Positions 17,879-27,110 of a stretch of DNA of 64,000 nucleotides are shown in pieces. The DNA is taken from contig CATQHL010000001.1 in NCBI GenBank assembly GCA_958295925.1, positions 152,676-216,675 on the forward strand, written 5' to 3'. Position 1 is the first letter of the stretch. The number at the start of each line of letters is the position of its first letter. The position numbers and the translations under genes were made by a program. The notes beneath the pieces were generated by a model. It was not told where the DNA came from. It saw only the letters and a list, made by a program, of their open reading frames with translations, and made no database searches. Source of the DNA: an uncultured Acidimicrobiales bacterium (GTDB taxonomy: Bacteria; Actinomycetota; Acidimicrobiia; Acidimicrobiales; CATQHL01).

Positions 17879-17961
17879 TGCATCAAGCTATCTAAACCAG
17901 GGGGTTTCCAGTCGCATCCAGTCTCTTGAACGCCGAGAGGGGCAGGCTAGCCTAAGAATCC

Positions 17962-18957
17962 GTGAGCGTGCTGAGACAGGAAGCGAATATTCGGAAAATA
18001 GGCAGACGCGAGCCCATTAACGAGCTCGCCTTTGCCGATCTTTTCGATTCGATATCCAAGAATGTCCAGCGGATAATCATGGGAAAGGTCGCCCTTATCA
18101 GGTCGATTCTGACCTGCCTGATCTCGGAGGGGCACGTCCTGTTGCAGGACGCGCCTGGTTTAGGGAAGACCACGATGGCCAAGGCGATGGCGCGTTCCCT
18201 GGGGCTGGAGTTCGGGCGTGTGCAATTCACCCCCGACCTGCTGCCGTCCGACATCCTCGGCGTCCCTGTCTGGGACAACAATCTCAGCGAGTTCAACTTC
18301 CAGCCGGGCCCCGTCTTTTCCGGGCTCCTGCTGGCGGACGAGATCAACCGCACCTCCCCAAAGACGCAGGCTGCGCTGCTCGAGGCCATGGCCGAGCGTC
18401 AGGTGACTGTCAACGGCCTGACCTACCCTCTTCACAATCCGTTCCTGGTGATAGCCACACAGAACTCCCTTGAGAGCGAGGGCACGTTTCCCCTCCCACT
18501 CAGCCAGCTGGACCGCTTCTTGATGAGCATGCACCTCGGGTACCCCGACCACCACTCGGAACTGGCGATACTCGACGCGCACGGCGGCCCCGACATTCTG
18601 GAGACACTCGATCCGGTTGTCGACGCCGAGACGGTTGAGGAGATGATTCGGTTTGGCCGCTCGGTCTACGTGGCCCCCGCCCTGAAGGGCTACATGGTGA
18701 ATCTTGCCGCGGCGTCCCGCAGCCATCCTTCGCTGGATTACGGAATGTCCCCTCGGGCGACGCTGGGGCTGCAGCGCTGCGCGAGGGTGCGGGCGGCGGC
18801 CGATGGCCGGAACTTTGTGATTCCAGACGACATCAAGGCCGTGTTCACCTCGACCATCGAACACCGTGTGATGCTGAGCTCGGTAGTGGCGTCGACGCTT
18901 GAGGTGCTCGAGGAGATACTGGCTTACACACCGGTTCCGCACCTGTCGAGCAGATAA
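17962..18957 (+). CDS. moxR: MoxR-family AAA+ ATPase
   Basis: Walker A APGLGKTT and Walker B LLADEINR. AAA_3/MoxR pattern FTPDLLPSDILG and FLVIATQN. Confidence 0.92.
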   Translation: MSVLRQEANIRKIGRREPINELAFADLFDSISKNVQRIIMGKVALIRSILTCLISEGHVLLQDAPGLGKTTMAKAMARSLGLEFGRVQFTPDLLPSDILGVPVWDNNLSEFNFQPGPVFSGLLLADEINRTSPKTQAALLEAMAERQVTVNGLTYPLHNPFLVIATQNSLESEGTFPLPLSQLDRFLMSMHLGYPDHHSELAILDAHGGPDILETLDPVVDAETVEEMIRFGRSVYVAPALKGYMVNLAAASRSHPSLDYGMSPRATLGLQRCARVRAAADGRNFVIPDDIKAVFTSTIEHRVMLSSVVASTLEVLEEILAYTPVPHLSSR

Positions 18958-19000
18958 CGCCTTTGAAGTAGACAGCCGGGCGCGGCGCTACAGACCCCCG

Positions 19001-20161
19001 ATGCTCAATCGAGCAGGAATCCTTACTCTGCTGATCACGCTGACAGGGGGGGCGTCTGCGCTGTTGTGGGGGCTGCCCGCTGTTTTCGTGGCTTCCGCAG
19101 TTGTGGGGGCCTTGCTGATCCTTTCGCTGATTTCCGTTAACCTCCCCCTGAGAGTGGGGGCGGAGCGCCTCCTGACGCCTGCAAGGGCGGCTTTCGGAAC
19201 CCGAATACTCGTAACGCTCAGGTTCTACGGCTTCCGGAGACTGTTCGGGCGTTCAGTAAGGCTGCAGGAGTTCTCCGCAACCGAGGAACCCGCAGTGCGC
19301 GACCTCGGCATGCTCCCCTCCGGCAGGAAGGCCAGGCTCACGTATTACGTCGAGCCGAGCAGGCGTGGGATAGTGGAAATGGGCCCGCTCCGCCTTACTG
19401 CAAACGACCCGTTTGACCTCGCTCGGCGGTCTCAGATATCCGACGGGGGGGCAGGAGAGGTGTCGAGAGCCCTGATCTGGCCCTACTTCGAGGAAATCTG
19501 GCTACCCATGTCAGTTTCCGAGTTGGCGGGTGCTTCAAGAAACAGGCTGACCAAACACCTCCCAGCTTCTGAAGAGGAATTTGCAGGGCTGCGGGAGTAC
19601 GCGGTGGGCGACGACCCTCGCCGCATCCACTGGCCTTCCAGCGCCCGCCACGGCGAGCTCATGGTCCGCCAGGTCGAGCACGACTTCCTGGAAGAGGCTG
19701 TGATCTACCTGGACACGGATTGGCGGGCGGCATCTGAGCAGGTTTTTGAGGAGATGGTCTCGGCGGCGGCAGGGCTGGTAGCGACATGCTGCAAGCTCTT
19801 CCACAACATCCGTCTTATGACACCCACAGGATCGGCGTCGGTCGTGAGAAGCGGGGTGGAGGGCGCGTATGCCGCCCCTTTGCTGGACAAGCTCTCGCTG
19901 GTAGCTCAGACGGACTTCGCCAGCTCCGCCCGGGTTGTGCGCCCAAGCAGCGACGGGACGACTCTCTTTGCCGTACTAGGCAAGCTTCCCGAAACAACCC
20001 GCCAACCCTGGGGAATGGCGCTCGGAGGCGCTCGGAGGCGCTACCTGGTTCAATTCTGCAATCCGCACGACGCCATGTCCGGCGCTGATGTGATTCTGGT
20101 TCAACCTGGCGAGTCGTTCCCTGAGCGTTGGCACGCTGCGCTGGGGGACTTGAAGGCTTGA
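19001..20161 (+). CDS. DUF58 domain-containing protein (MoxR partner)
   Basis: Two N-terminal TM helices and the DUF58 signature FAGLREYAVGDDPRRIHWPSSARHGELMVRQ. I set the start at ATG 19001. The longest ORF begins at 18899, overlapping moxR. Confidence 0.88.
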   Translation: MLNRAGILTLLITLTGGASALLWGLPAVFVASAVVGALLILSLISVNLPLRVGAERLLTPARAAFGTRILVTLRFYGFRRLFGRSVRLQEFSATEEPAVRDLGMLPSGRKARLTYYVEPSRRGIVEMGPLRLTANDPFDLARRSQISDGGAGEVSRALIWPYFEEIWLPMSVSELAGASRNRLTKHLPASEEEFAGLREYAVGDDPRRIHWPSSARHGELMVRQVEHDFLEEAVIYLDTDWRAASEQVFEEMVSAAAGLVATCCKLFHNIRLMTPTGSASVVRSGVEGAYAAPLLDKLSLVAQTDFASSARVVRPSSDGTTLFAVLGKLPETTRQPWGMALGGARRRYLVQFCNPHDAMSGADVILVQPGESFPERWHAALGDLKA

Positions 20162-20163
20162 GG

Positions 20164-22467
20164 ATGCCAGCCGCCGACGCCCCCAAAGGTCGAGGGTCCG
20201 CCGAACGGGTTCGCGGTTTCTTCTCCGAGGTTCTTTTTTTCGGGCTCAGCGCATCGCTCACGGCGAGCCTCGCGCTCCTCTTTGTGGACTGGTCGTTCTT
20301 CGCCCCCTTGCTGCTAAACGCCTTCATAGCCCACCTCACAATCTTTGCCCTTAGGCGGCTGCGGGTGCATGTCCTTCCCGCCGCCTTCATTTCGCTGCTG
20401 CTCACAATCCTGGCGCTGGCGTGGGTGCACTACCCCCAGACCACCTACTACGGAATTCCCTGGAGCGAGACCGGAATGGCGGTCGGCTTGGACATCAGGG
20501 AGTCGGTTGACACGATCTTGGCCTCGTCGGTTCCGCTTCCAGTGCAGACGGGCTTGCTGTTCATGCTCTCCATCGTCCTGTGGCTGGTCGTGTTCCTAGG
20601 GGACTGGGGGGCATTCAGGCTGGGGTCGTCGCAGGTGGAAGTGCTTGCGCCTGCGGCCGCCATCTACGTAGCCCTCTCCTTCTTTGGTGAGGGAACCGCC
20701 CGAATCTGGTACGCCGTCCTGGTCGTCTGCGCCGCTCTTGCGTTCTCGGTTGTGCATCCCTCGAAACGCTCAGGGCATAGGCAGCGTCCCGGCGATTCGC
20801 CCAGCAGAGGAATCGCCGGGGGTCTGATAGCGGTGGCGGCTGTGCTGCTGTCGCTGGTGGGCACGAGAATCGCCTACGGGTACATGGAGAACTCGCCCTT
20901 CGACCTCAGGAAGACCGGACAGGAGGAAGGCGAGGAGCGGGAGGGAGGGCGCGCAGTGCCCAGTCCGCTGGTGAGCGTGCAGGCGCAGTTGCGGCAGCTC
21001 AGCAACATTCAGGTGTTCACCGTCCGCGCAAGCGCCCCGGCCTACTGGCGGCTGACCGCCCTGGAGACGTTCGACGGCGAATCCTGGTCGCTGCGTGCAA
21101 GCCACTTCCGTGTGGAGGACAACAAGCAGTTGCCCAACACCACTCCCACGGCCGACGGAAACGAGACGATCCAAAGTTTCAGCATCGACAACCTTGCTTC
21201 GGTCTGGCTGCCCGCCGCGTACCAGCCGGTTTCCCACGCGAGCGCAACCGAGAGGGAGGTGCGCTTCGCAGCCGACACCTCCACGCTGCTGCTTCAATCG
21301 GGATCCTCCGAAGATTTTGAATATGAGGTGCGTTCAGTCGTGCCGAGCTTTGAGGCCGACAGGCTCAGGGCGGTGGGCGAAGAAGATCTGGGCGGCGTGC
21401 CTGACGGCCTGCGGAATGTGCCCGAAAGCGTGAGCGCGAGTGTTCGGGAACTGTCGTGGCATGTGGTCGCAGGCACGAGCACCCCATATGATCGGGCGCT
21501 TGCCTTGCAGTTCTGGCTGCGGGAAAACTTCGAGTACGACTTGAACGTTCCGAGCGGACACTCCGGCTCACACCTCGATCGGTTTCTGTTTGAGACGCGC
21601 CGGGGATACTGCGAGCAATTCACCACTGCCTTTGCTGCCATGGGTCGGGTGGTCGGGCTGCCCACGAGGGTTGCCGTGGGATTCACGAGCGGGGAGCACT
21701 CGGGGAGTTTCCCCAACGGCGACGCCCTCTACACGGTGCGGGGCAGGCACGCCCACACGTGGCCGGAGGTGCACCTGGCCGACGCCGGTTGGGTGGCCTT
21801 TGAACCGACTCCAGGACGCGGGGCCCCTGGGGCGGAGGCATACACGCTCTTGGAGCCCGAACAAGACGCCTCCCCGCTGCCGAGCACGACAACCACCCAG
21901 TCGGTGTCCCCCTCGCCCACACAGGAGACACCCCCCGATCCGCAAGGGGAGGTTGATCCCGCCAATCCGACATCTGCGACGTCGCCCCTGGAAGGAGCCC
22001 CTGGGCGGGGCGGACTGGCCTGGTGGGGAAGGACGCTGCTGGCACTCGGCGGCATTCTTGGCGCCTACCTGCTGGCAACCACCCTCCTTTCGTTTTGCCG
22101 ACTGCGATCCCGCAGGCTAAGAGGCACCCGAAGCCCGAAGATGCAGGTGCTGGTGAACTGGGAGTCGACACTGGAAATGCTGGAATACGCAGGCGTTAGG
22201 GGCTCTGTCGGCGAAACGCCGCTGGAACTCTCGAGGCGGGCCGCCGTGAGCCTGAGAATGGAACCCGAGCCATGGCTCGACCTGGGGAGGGCGGTGTCGT
22301 ATGCGGGTTACTCAGACCCCGCAGTCACCACCGGCCTGTCGCAGCAGACATCCTCGGAATACATCCTGAAGAAGCTGCGGTCGCAGCTGACACGCCGCCA
22401 AAAGCTCGCCGGGGTGGTGGGGTTGAGGGTCTGGGGGTTTCGTCGAGGCGACAGGAGGACTGGCTGA
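20164..22467 (+). CDS. Membrane transglutaminase-like protein (TgpA-like, DUF4129-type tail)
   Basis: N-terminal polytopic TM block. Transglutaminase core with RRGYCEQFTTAF (Cys) and HAHTWPEV (His). P/T-rich linker, a late TM segment and a C-terminal helical tail. I set the start at ATG 20164, just after the DUF58 stop. Confidence 0.85.
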   Translation: MPAADAPKGRGSAERVRGFFSEVLFFGLSASLTASLALLFVDWSFFAPLLLNAFIAHLTIFALRRLRVHVLPAAFISLLLTILALAWVHYPQTTYYGIPWSETGMAVGLDIRESVDTILASSVPLPVQTGLLFMLSIVLWLVVFLGDWGAFRLGSSQVEVLAPAAAIYVALSFFGEGTARIWYAVLVVCAALAFSVVHPSKRSGHRQRPGDSPSRGIAGGLIAVAAVLLSLVGTRIAYGYMENSPFDLRKTGQEEGEEREGGRAVPSPLVSVQAQLRQLSNIQVFTVRASAPAYWRLTALETFDGESWSLRASHFRVEDNKQLPNTTPTADGNETIQSFSIDNLASVWLPAAYQPVSHASATEREVRFAADTSTLLLQSGSSEDFEYEVRSVVPSFEADRLRAVGEEDLGGVPDGLRNVPESVSASVRELSWHVVAGTSTPYDRALALQFWLRENFEYDLNVPSGHSGSHLDRFLFETRRGYCEQFTTAFAAMGRVVGLPTRVAVGFTSGEHSGSFPNGDALYTVRGRHAHTWPEVHLADAGWVAFEPTPGRGAPGAEAYTLLEPEQDASPLPSTTTTQSVSPSPTQETPPDPQGEVDPANPTSATSPLEGAPGRGGLAWWGRTLLALGGILGAYLLATTLLSFCRLRSRRLRGTRSPKMQVLVNWESTLEMLEYAGVRGSVGETPLELSRRAAVSLRMEPEPWLDLGRAVSYAGYSDPAVTTGLSQQTSSEYILKKLRSQLTRRQKLAGVVGLRVWGFRRGDRRTG

Positions 22468-22506
22468 GCGGCTGCGTCAGGCGCCCTGAGCCGGCCCTGG
22501 CCTGGT

Positions 22507-22875
22507 TCAGGGTCCGCGTTCGCGGTTGAAGCGGTCGCGCATCCTCTGAGAGGCAGAGCCGACGCCCTCTTTCCAGGGCTTGCGGGAAATTGCCTGGAAA
22601 CCGGCCTTGCCCACTCGACGGGCCGCCCTCTCGAACCAAAGGGCGCATCCGAGCATGATCAAGAAGCCGATGAACGAAAGCCACCAGCTTGTGCTCAGCA
22701 GGAAAATCATCAGCAGCACCCCCCCGAGGAAGCCCAGGGCTGCTCGGCGCATGTTGCGGAACCCGTGTCTGAAGACCGTGGTGTCCCGCACCTCTTCGGC
22801 AAGGTCGGGATCGGTCTCGTACAGGTTTGCTTCTATCTCGCTGAGAATTCGTTGCTCGTCGTCTGACAGCGGCAA
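22507..22875 (-). CDS. DUF3040 domain-containing membrane protein
   Basis: PLSDDEQRILSEIEANLYETDP signature plus two C-terminal TM helices. I set the start at TTG 22875, behind an AAGGGGG Shine-Dalgarno. The longest ORF reaches 22971. Confidence 0.75.
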   Translation of the reverse strand: MPLSDDEQRILSEIEANLYETDPDLAEEVRDTTVFRHGFRNMRRAALGFLGGVLLMIFLLSTSWWLSFIGFLIMLGCALWFERAARRVGKAGFQAISRKPWKEGVGSASQRMRDRFNRERGP

Positions 22876-22974
22876 GGCAGTCCCCCTTAAACAGATCCTG
22901 TCAATAGTTTCGCATATATGCGGGAAACTTGCAACCAGATTTCCCGCATGTCCCGGAACGCCCACAATCATTGG

Positions 22975-24282
22975 CTACGCGGACGCGTCTGGCCCCCAGG
23001 CGCCCCGCTGGCGGTTGTACTCCAAAAGGGCGGCTGGGGCCACCGCCTCGTCCCCGAAGCGTGAGCGGATGCTGTCGACGGCCTCGTCGAGGGCCTCGCT
23101 GGAAAGCTCCTCACCGTCGAGGGACATCTGAACGGGTTCGTTGAAGCTCAAGCCGGACACACCCACCCCCATCAGGCGGAAGCCCTCGAAGCCCTGACGC
23201 AGCCCCCCCAGGTACTCCCGAAGCAAGAATCTTGCCTCCCGGCAAATCAGCGCGCCATGCCGGGTGGGGCCCTTGAGTGTGCGGGAACGGGTCAGCGTAC
23301 GAAAGTCGGGGTGGCGGAGCTTCAGCACCACCGTTCGTGCCGAGCATCCCGCCTTTCGCAAACGTCTGGCCAGCGCCTCCGACTGACGCAGGATCTCCTT
23401 TTCGAGCTCGTCAACCGAGGAGACATCGGTCGCGAAAGTCACCTCCGAGCTCATCGACTTCGGAGGACGGTAAGGCACCACCGGGCTCTCGTCGATTCCC
23501 CGTGCAATGTTGTGGAGGTGCTGCCCGTGGGCGTTCCCGAACACCTCCGCCAGAGCCGTAAGCGAGATCTCGGCCAGATCTGCGACAGTGCGCAGTCCCA
23601 TCCTTTCGAGTTTCCGCAGCGTGCTCGCCCCAACGCCCCACATCTCCTCCAGAGCCATGGGGTTGAGGAAGGCCTTCTCCCCCGAAGGCGGGATATGCAC
23701 CACCCCCCTGCCAGGAATCAGGCAGTCGGCACCCGGCCTGGGCTTGGCCCTGCGGGAGGCCAGTTTCGCCAGCAGTTTGTTCGAGGCCACTCCCACCGAG
23801 CAGTTCAGCCCTTCCTGGGCGAGGACGTCAGCCCGGATGCGATGGCCGATCTCAAGGGAGCATCCGAAGCGAAGCTGCGACCCCGAGACATCCATGAAGG
23901 CCTCGTCGGCCGAGACCGCCTCCACCAAGGGGGTGAACGATCTGAGCACCTCCTTGACGCGTGTCCAGATGCCCTCGTAATAGTCGTGGTCGCCTGGAAT
24001 GAATTCGGCCTGTGGACAGAGGCGACGGGCTTGCGCGCTGGGCATGCCTGAACTGAGCCCGTAGTAGCGGGCCTCATAGGACGCGGCCGCCACCACCCCC
24101 CTGCGGCCCGCTCCGCCGACCACTACCGGCCTGCCTGCCAACTCCGGTCGGCGCAACAGTTCCGCGGAGACAAAGAAGGCGTCGAGGTCGACGTGCAAGA
24201 TGGAAGCCTGGGTGTCGCCGGCACCCGTTGGCTTCAAGGTTGCGTCTTCGGGCATTTCGCCGATCGTCCAGTTATGCGGCAT
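22975..24282 (-). CDS. dinB: DNA polymerase IV (Y-family)
   Basis: ILHVDLDAFFVSAE, SADEAFMDV and GVASNKLLAKLAS, with a little-finger domain. Confidence 0.92.
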   Translation of the reverse strand: MPHNWTIGEMPEDATLKPTGAGDTQASILHVDLDAFFVSAELLRRPELAGRPVVVGGAGRRGVVAAASYEARYYGLSSGMPSAQARRLCPQAEFIPGDHDYYEGIWTRVKEVLRSFTPLVEAVSADEAFMDVSGSQLRFGCSLEIGHRIRADVLAQEGLNCSVGVASNKLLAKLASRRAKPRPGADCLIPGRGVVHIPPSGEKAFLNPMALEEMWGVGASTLRKLERMGLRTVADLAEISLTALAEVFGNAHGQHLHNIARGIDESPVVPYRPPKSMSSEVTFATDVSSVDELEKEILRQSEALARRLRKAGCSARTVVLKLRHPDFRTLTRSRTLKGPTRHGALICREARFLLREYLGGLRQGFEGFRLMGVGVSGLSFNEPVQMSLDGEELSSEALDEAVDSIRSRFGDEAVAPAALLEYNRQRGAWGPDASA

Positions 24283-24303
24283 GAAGCCGGTCTCTTCACG
24301 GGG

Positions 24304-24345
24304 CCGTTCGCAGGGTCATGCCCGCCGTTCGCAGGGTCATGCCCC
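24304..24345. repeat. Perfect-type tandem duplication, 21 bp x 2 (CCGTTCGCAGGGTCATGCCC[G/C])
   Basis: Read directly. It lies about 22 nt upstream of the dinB longest-ORF start. Confidence 0.9.
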
Positions 24346-24429
24346 GGGGCGGAAACTGAGGTGGCCTGCTTGGACATCCATCTTCAACAATAAAGAACCT
24401 GCGCGACAAACAGCCAAACCACTTCGTCC

Positions 24430-24882
24430 ATGAGAAAATCAGCCCGCAAGCGCATGTCCTGGGCGGGGGGCGAATCCACAGCCTGCGGCTGCGGCCAGCG
24501 GCCCCGGCGTCCTACCATGTGGGCGATGAATGTCGAAGAAACGGGATCGCGCTCGGCCGCTCCCGGGCCGTGGGCGAAGGTGATCTCGGTGGCGGCAATC
24601 CTTGGGGCCGGGGCGTGTGGCGGCCTGATCGGCTACGCGCTCGTCGACATCTCCTGCGAGGGCGACTGCTCGACGCAGCTCGGGCTTGGGGCGCTCACTG
24701 GCTCAGTCATCTGCGCAGTGGGGGTGGCCATCGTGGTTGCGCTCACGCTGCGGGCTTTGGTCGTCCGCCCCACCGCCACGGGGCGGGCCTTCTTCAGATT
24801 CACCCGTCAATCGGCACCAGGGGGTCCCGCCCCGGAAGGCCTGCCCCCTTCGGCTGGCGCGGCGTCCGTCGACGCGCGATAG
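24430..24882 (+). CDS. Hypothetical small membrane protein (two predicted TM helices)
   Basis: GC-rich third codon positions. Hydrophobic segments VISVAAILGAGACGGLIGYALV and LGALTGSVICAVGVAIVVALTL. No family recognised. The start may be an internal ATG (24517 or 24526). Confidence 0.45.
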   Translation: MRKSARKRMSWAGGESTACGCGQRPRRPTMWAMNVEETGSRSAAPGPWAKVISVAAILGAGACGGLIGYALVDISCEGDCSTQLGLGALTGSVICAVGVAIVVALTLRALVVRPTATGRAFFRFTRQSAPGGPAPEGLPPSAGAASVDAR

Positions 24883-24912
24883 TAGCTTGCTTAACACCCT
24901 GCCCACTTTGGC

Positions 24913-24948
24913 CGACGCTCCCCGCCGTGCCGACGCTCCCCGCCGTGC
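24913..24948. repeat. Perfect tandem duplication, 18 bp x 2 (CGACGCTCCCCGCCGTGC)
   Basis: Read directly. It lies about 34 nt upstream of the mtrA-like ATG. Confidence 0.9.
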
Positions 24949-24981
24949 TGCCAGACAGGGAAATACGCAAAAGAAAGATCC

Positions 24982-25662
24982 ATGCCCACTCGCATCCTGA
25001 CAGTAGAAGACGACGAACGCATCAGAACCTCCCTCAAGATGGCCCTTGAAGACGAGGGATGGGACGTGGAGGAGGCACAGAACGGCGAGGCGGCCTTGCT
25101 GAAGTTTCGAGGCAACCCGGCGGATGTTGTGCTCATCGACATAGGGCTGCCAGGAATAGACGGCTTCGAGCTCTGTCGGACGCTGCGGCGCATCAGCAGC
25201 GTGCCCATAGTGATGATCACGGCCAGGGAGGACACCCATGACGTGGTTGCGGGCCTTGAGGCGGGGGCAGACGACTACCTGACCAAACCCTTTGCCCCAA
25301 AGGAGTTGTCGGCGCGCATCAGGGCGATGCTCCGCAGGGTGCGCACCGTTGACCCTGCCCTGCGCAGCCTCATCCTGGGCCAGCTGGACATCGTGCCGGA
25401 GGAAAACGTCGTCTACATTCGCGGCGAGCGCATCGCCGTCAGCAAGACCGAGATGCGTCTGCTGACCGAGTTGGCATCTGAGTCCGGGGCAACGCTCAGC
25501 AGGGAGGAGCTCCTCGAAAGGGTCTGGGGACTGGACTACTTCGGGGACAGCCGCCTGGTGGACGTGCATATTCGCCGTCTGCGAACAAAGATAGAGCGAG
25601 ACCCCGCCAATCCGCAGCTGATCCTCACCGTGCGTAGGCAGGGCTACAAGCTGCAGACCTGA
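24982..25662 (+). CDS. mtrA: OmpR-family response regulator (MtrA-like)
   Basis: Receiver domain (ILTVEDDE, VVLIDIGLPGIDG, TKPF) and a winged-helix output domain (VDVHIRRLRTKIE, RRQGYKL). Confidence 0.9.
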   Translation: MPTRILTVEDDERIRTSLKMALEDEGWDVEEAQNGEAALLKFRGNPADVVLIDIGLPGIDGFELCRTLRRISSVPIVMITAREDTHDVVAGLEAGADDYLTKPFAPKELSARIRAMLRRVRTVDPALRSLILGQLDIVPEENVVYIRGERIAVSKTEMRLLTELASESGATLSREELLERVWGLDYFGDSRLVDVHIRRLRTKIERDPANPQLILTVRRQGYKLQT

Positions 25663-25670
25663 ATATCCGG

Positions 25671-27110
25671 ATGCGCCACAGCGGGGCGCCTTCCCCGTCC
25701 TCACGCTCCGACAGGCCTCGTAGACCCAGGCGCTGGATCTTGCCGCGCCTGACGCTGCGCTTCCGAGTGAGCCTGCTTTTCGGGCTGGGGGCACTGATGG
25801 TGACTGTCGCCCTGTCTCTTATCACCCACGAGCTGACCCGTGACAACCTCCTTTCACGCCGCGAGGAGATCTCCTTGGCAAGGGTCTTCTTCAACGCAAT
25901 CCAGGTAAGCCGGCTTAGCGGCGAGGAGACCACAGAGGAGCGTCTAAGGGAACTGGTGCAAGACCTCTACACCCCCCTGGGCGCCCGCCCGGTTATCCGC
26001 TTCGGTGAACAGTGGATTTCCGCCAACCCGGTGGAGTTCAGCGAACCTCAGATCCGTCAATCCCTCAAGGATTCAGTCGCCGCCGGCGTCGCCGCGCAGA
26101 TGCGCTACGCAGTCAACGAGACACCGTTCATGGTCATCGGGCTCCCCTACCCGCAAATCAACGCTGCCTACTACGAGGCCGTCCCTCTCACCGACATCGA
26201 CGACACCCTGAGCGCCCTGCGGATCACCCTCCTCACAAGCAGCGCCATTACGGTGCTGCTTGCCATAGGCATCGGCATCTGGGCTGCACAGAGGACAGTC
26301 CGTCCCCTGGCCGACATCGGTGAGGCCGCTGAGGCGATTGCGGCGGGCGACCTCAGCACGCGGCTCGAAGGCATAGACCCCGACTTGGAGCGCCTGTCAC
26401 GCTCGTTCAACCAGATGGCCAGCGCCCTCGAGGAGCGCATTGAGCGCGACGCCCGATTCGCCTCCAACGTGAGCCACGAGCTGCGCTCACCACTGATGGC
26501 GCTCACTGCCTCGATGGAGGTGCTGAATCACAGGAAAAGCGAGTTGCCAGAGCGCTCTCAGACGGCGCTCAACCTGATCGCCAGCGACCTCGAGCATTTC
26601 AAGCAGCTGGTTACCGACCTGCTGGAGATATCCCGCTACGACGTCGGGGTGGCGGCACTGGAGCTCGAGGAGTTCAACATTGCGGAGTTCCTTCAGCAGG
26701 CACTGCGGGCAGGCGGCTACGACGTGAAGGTGGCCATTTCGAAGGACGTCTCAGAGGTGATGCTGCGAGCCGACCGCCGACGGCTGGCGCAGGTCATTGC
26801 CAACCTCCTGGAGAACGCCGAGCAGTACGGCGGCGGGGCTGTGGAGGTGAGGGTGGAGCGTGCGGGCCCGATGCTGGAGATTCACGTCATCGACGAGGGC
26901 CCAGGCGTGGCGAAGGCCGACCAAAAGGTGATTTTCGATCGATTCTTTCGCGGCAAGGACCACTCCGGGGTGGCGGGCACCGGCCTGGGGCTGGCTCTGG
27001 TTACCGAGCACGTGAAGCTGCACGGGGGTTCAGTGCGGGTGCAGGGCCGCCCGGGGGGAGGACGGGGCGCCTGCTTCGTGGTTAGCCTTCCGACGCCCGT
27101 GGAGTCGTGA
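25671..27110 (+). CDS. mtrB: Sensor histidine kinase (MtrB-like)
   Basis: Two TM segments, a HAMP domain, H-box FASNVSHELRSPL, and N/G boxes ANLLENA, DEGPGV and GTGLGLALV. Confidence 0.88.
   Translation: MRHSGAPSPSSRSDRPRRPRRWILPRLTLRFRVSLLFGLGALMVTVALSLITHELTRDNLLSRREEISLARVFFNAIQVSRLSGEETTEERLRELVQDLYTPLGARPVIRFGEQWISANPVEFSEPQIRQSLKDSVAAGVAAQMRYAVNETPFMVIGLPYPQINAAYYEAVPLTDIDDTLSALRITLLTSSAITVLLAIGIGIWAAQRTVRPLADIGEAAEAIAAGDLSTRLEGIDPDLERLSRSFNQMASALEERIERDARFASNVSHELRSPLMALTASMEVLNHRKSELPERSQTALNLIASDLEHFKQLVTDLLEISRYDVGVAALELEEFNIAEFLQQALRAGGYDVKVAISKDVSEVMLRADRRRLAQVIANLLENAEQYGGGAVEVRVERAGPMLEIHVIDEGPGVAKADQKVIFDRFFRGKDHSGVAGTGLGLALVTEHVKLHGGSVRVQGRPGGGRGACFVVSLPTPVES

Noticed and set aside
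24703-25794. A 363-aa minus-strand ORF covering the mtrA-like gene. Similar long shadow ORFs lie elsewhere: 29007-30296 (+), 29308-30720 (+), 35131-35958 (-), 47529-48881 (+), 48307-49758 (+), 55664-57004 (+) and 52482-53396 (-).
   Set aside because: All lie antisense to, or out of frame with, genes that have unmistakable family motifs. Their translations are Arg/Pro/Gly/Ala-rich low-complexity sequence typical of non-coding frames in GC-rich DNA.
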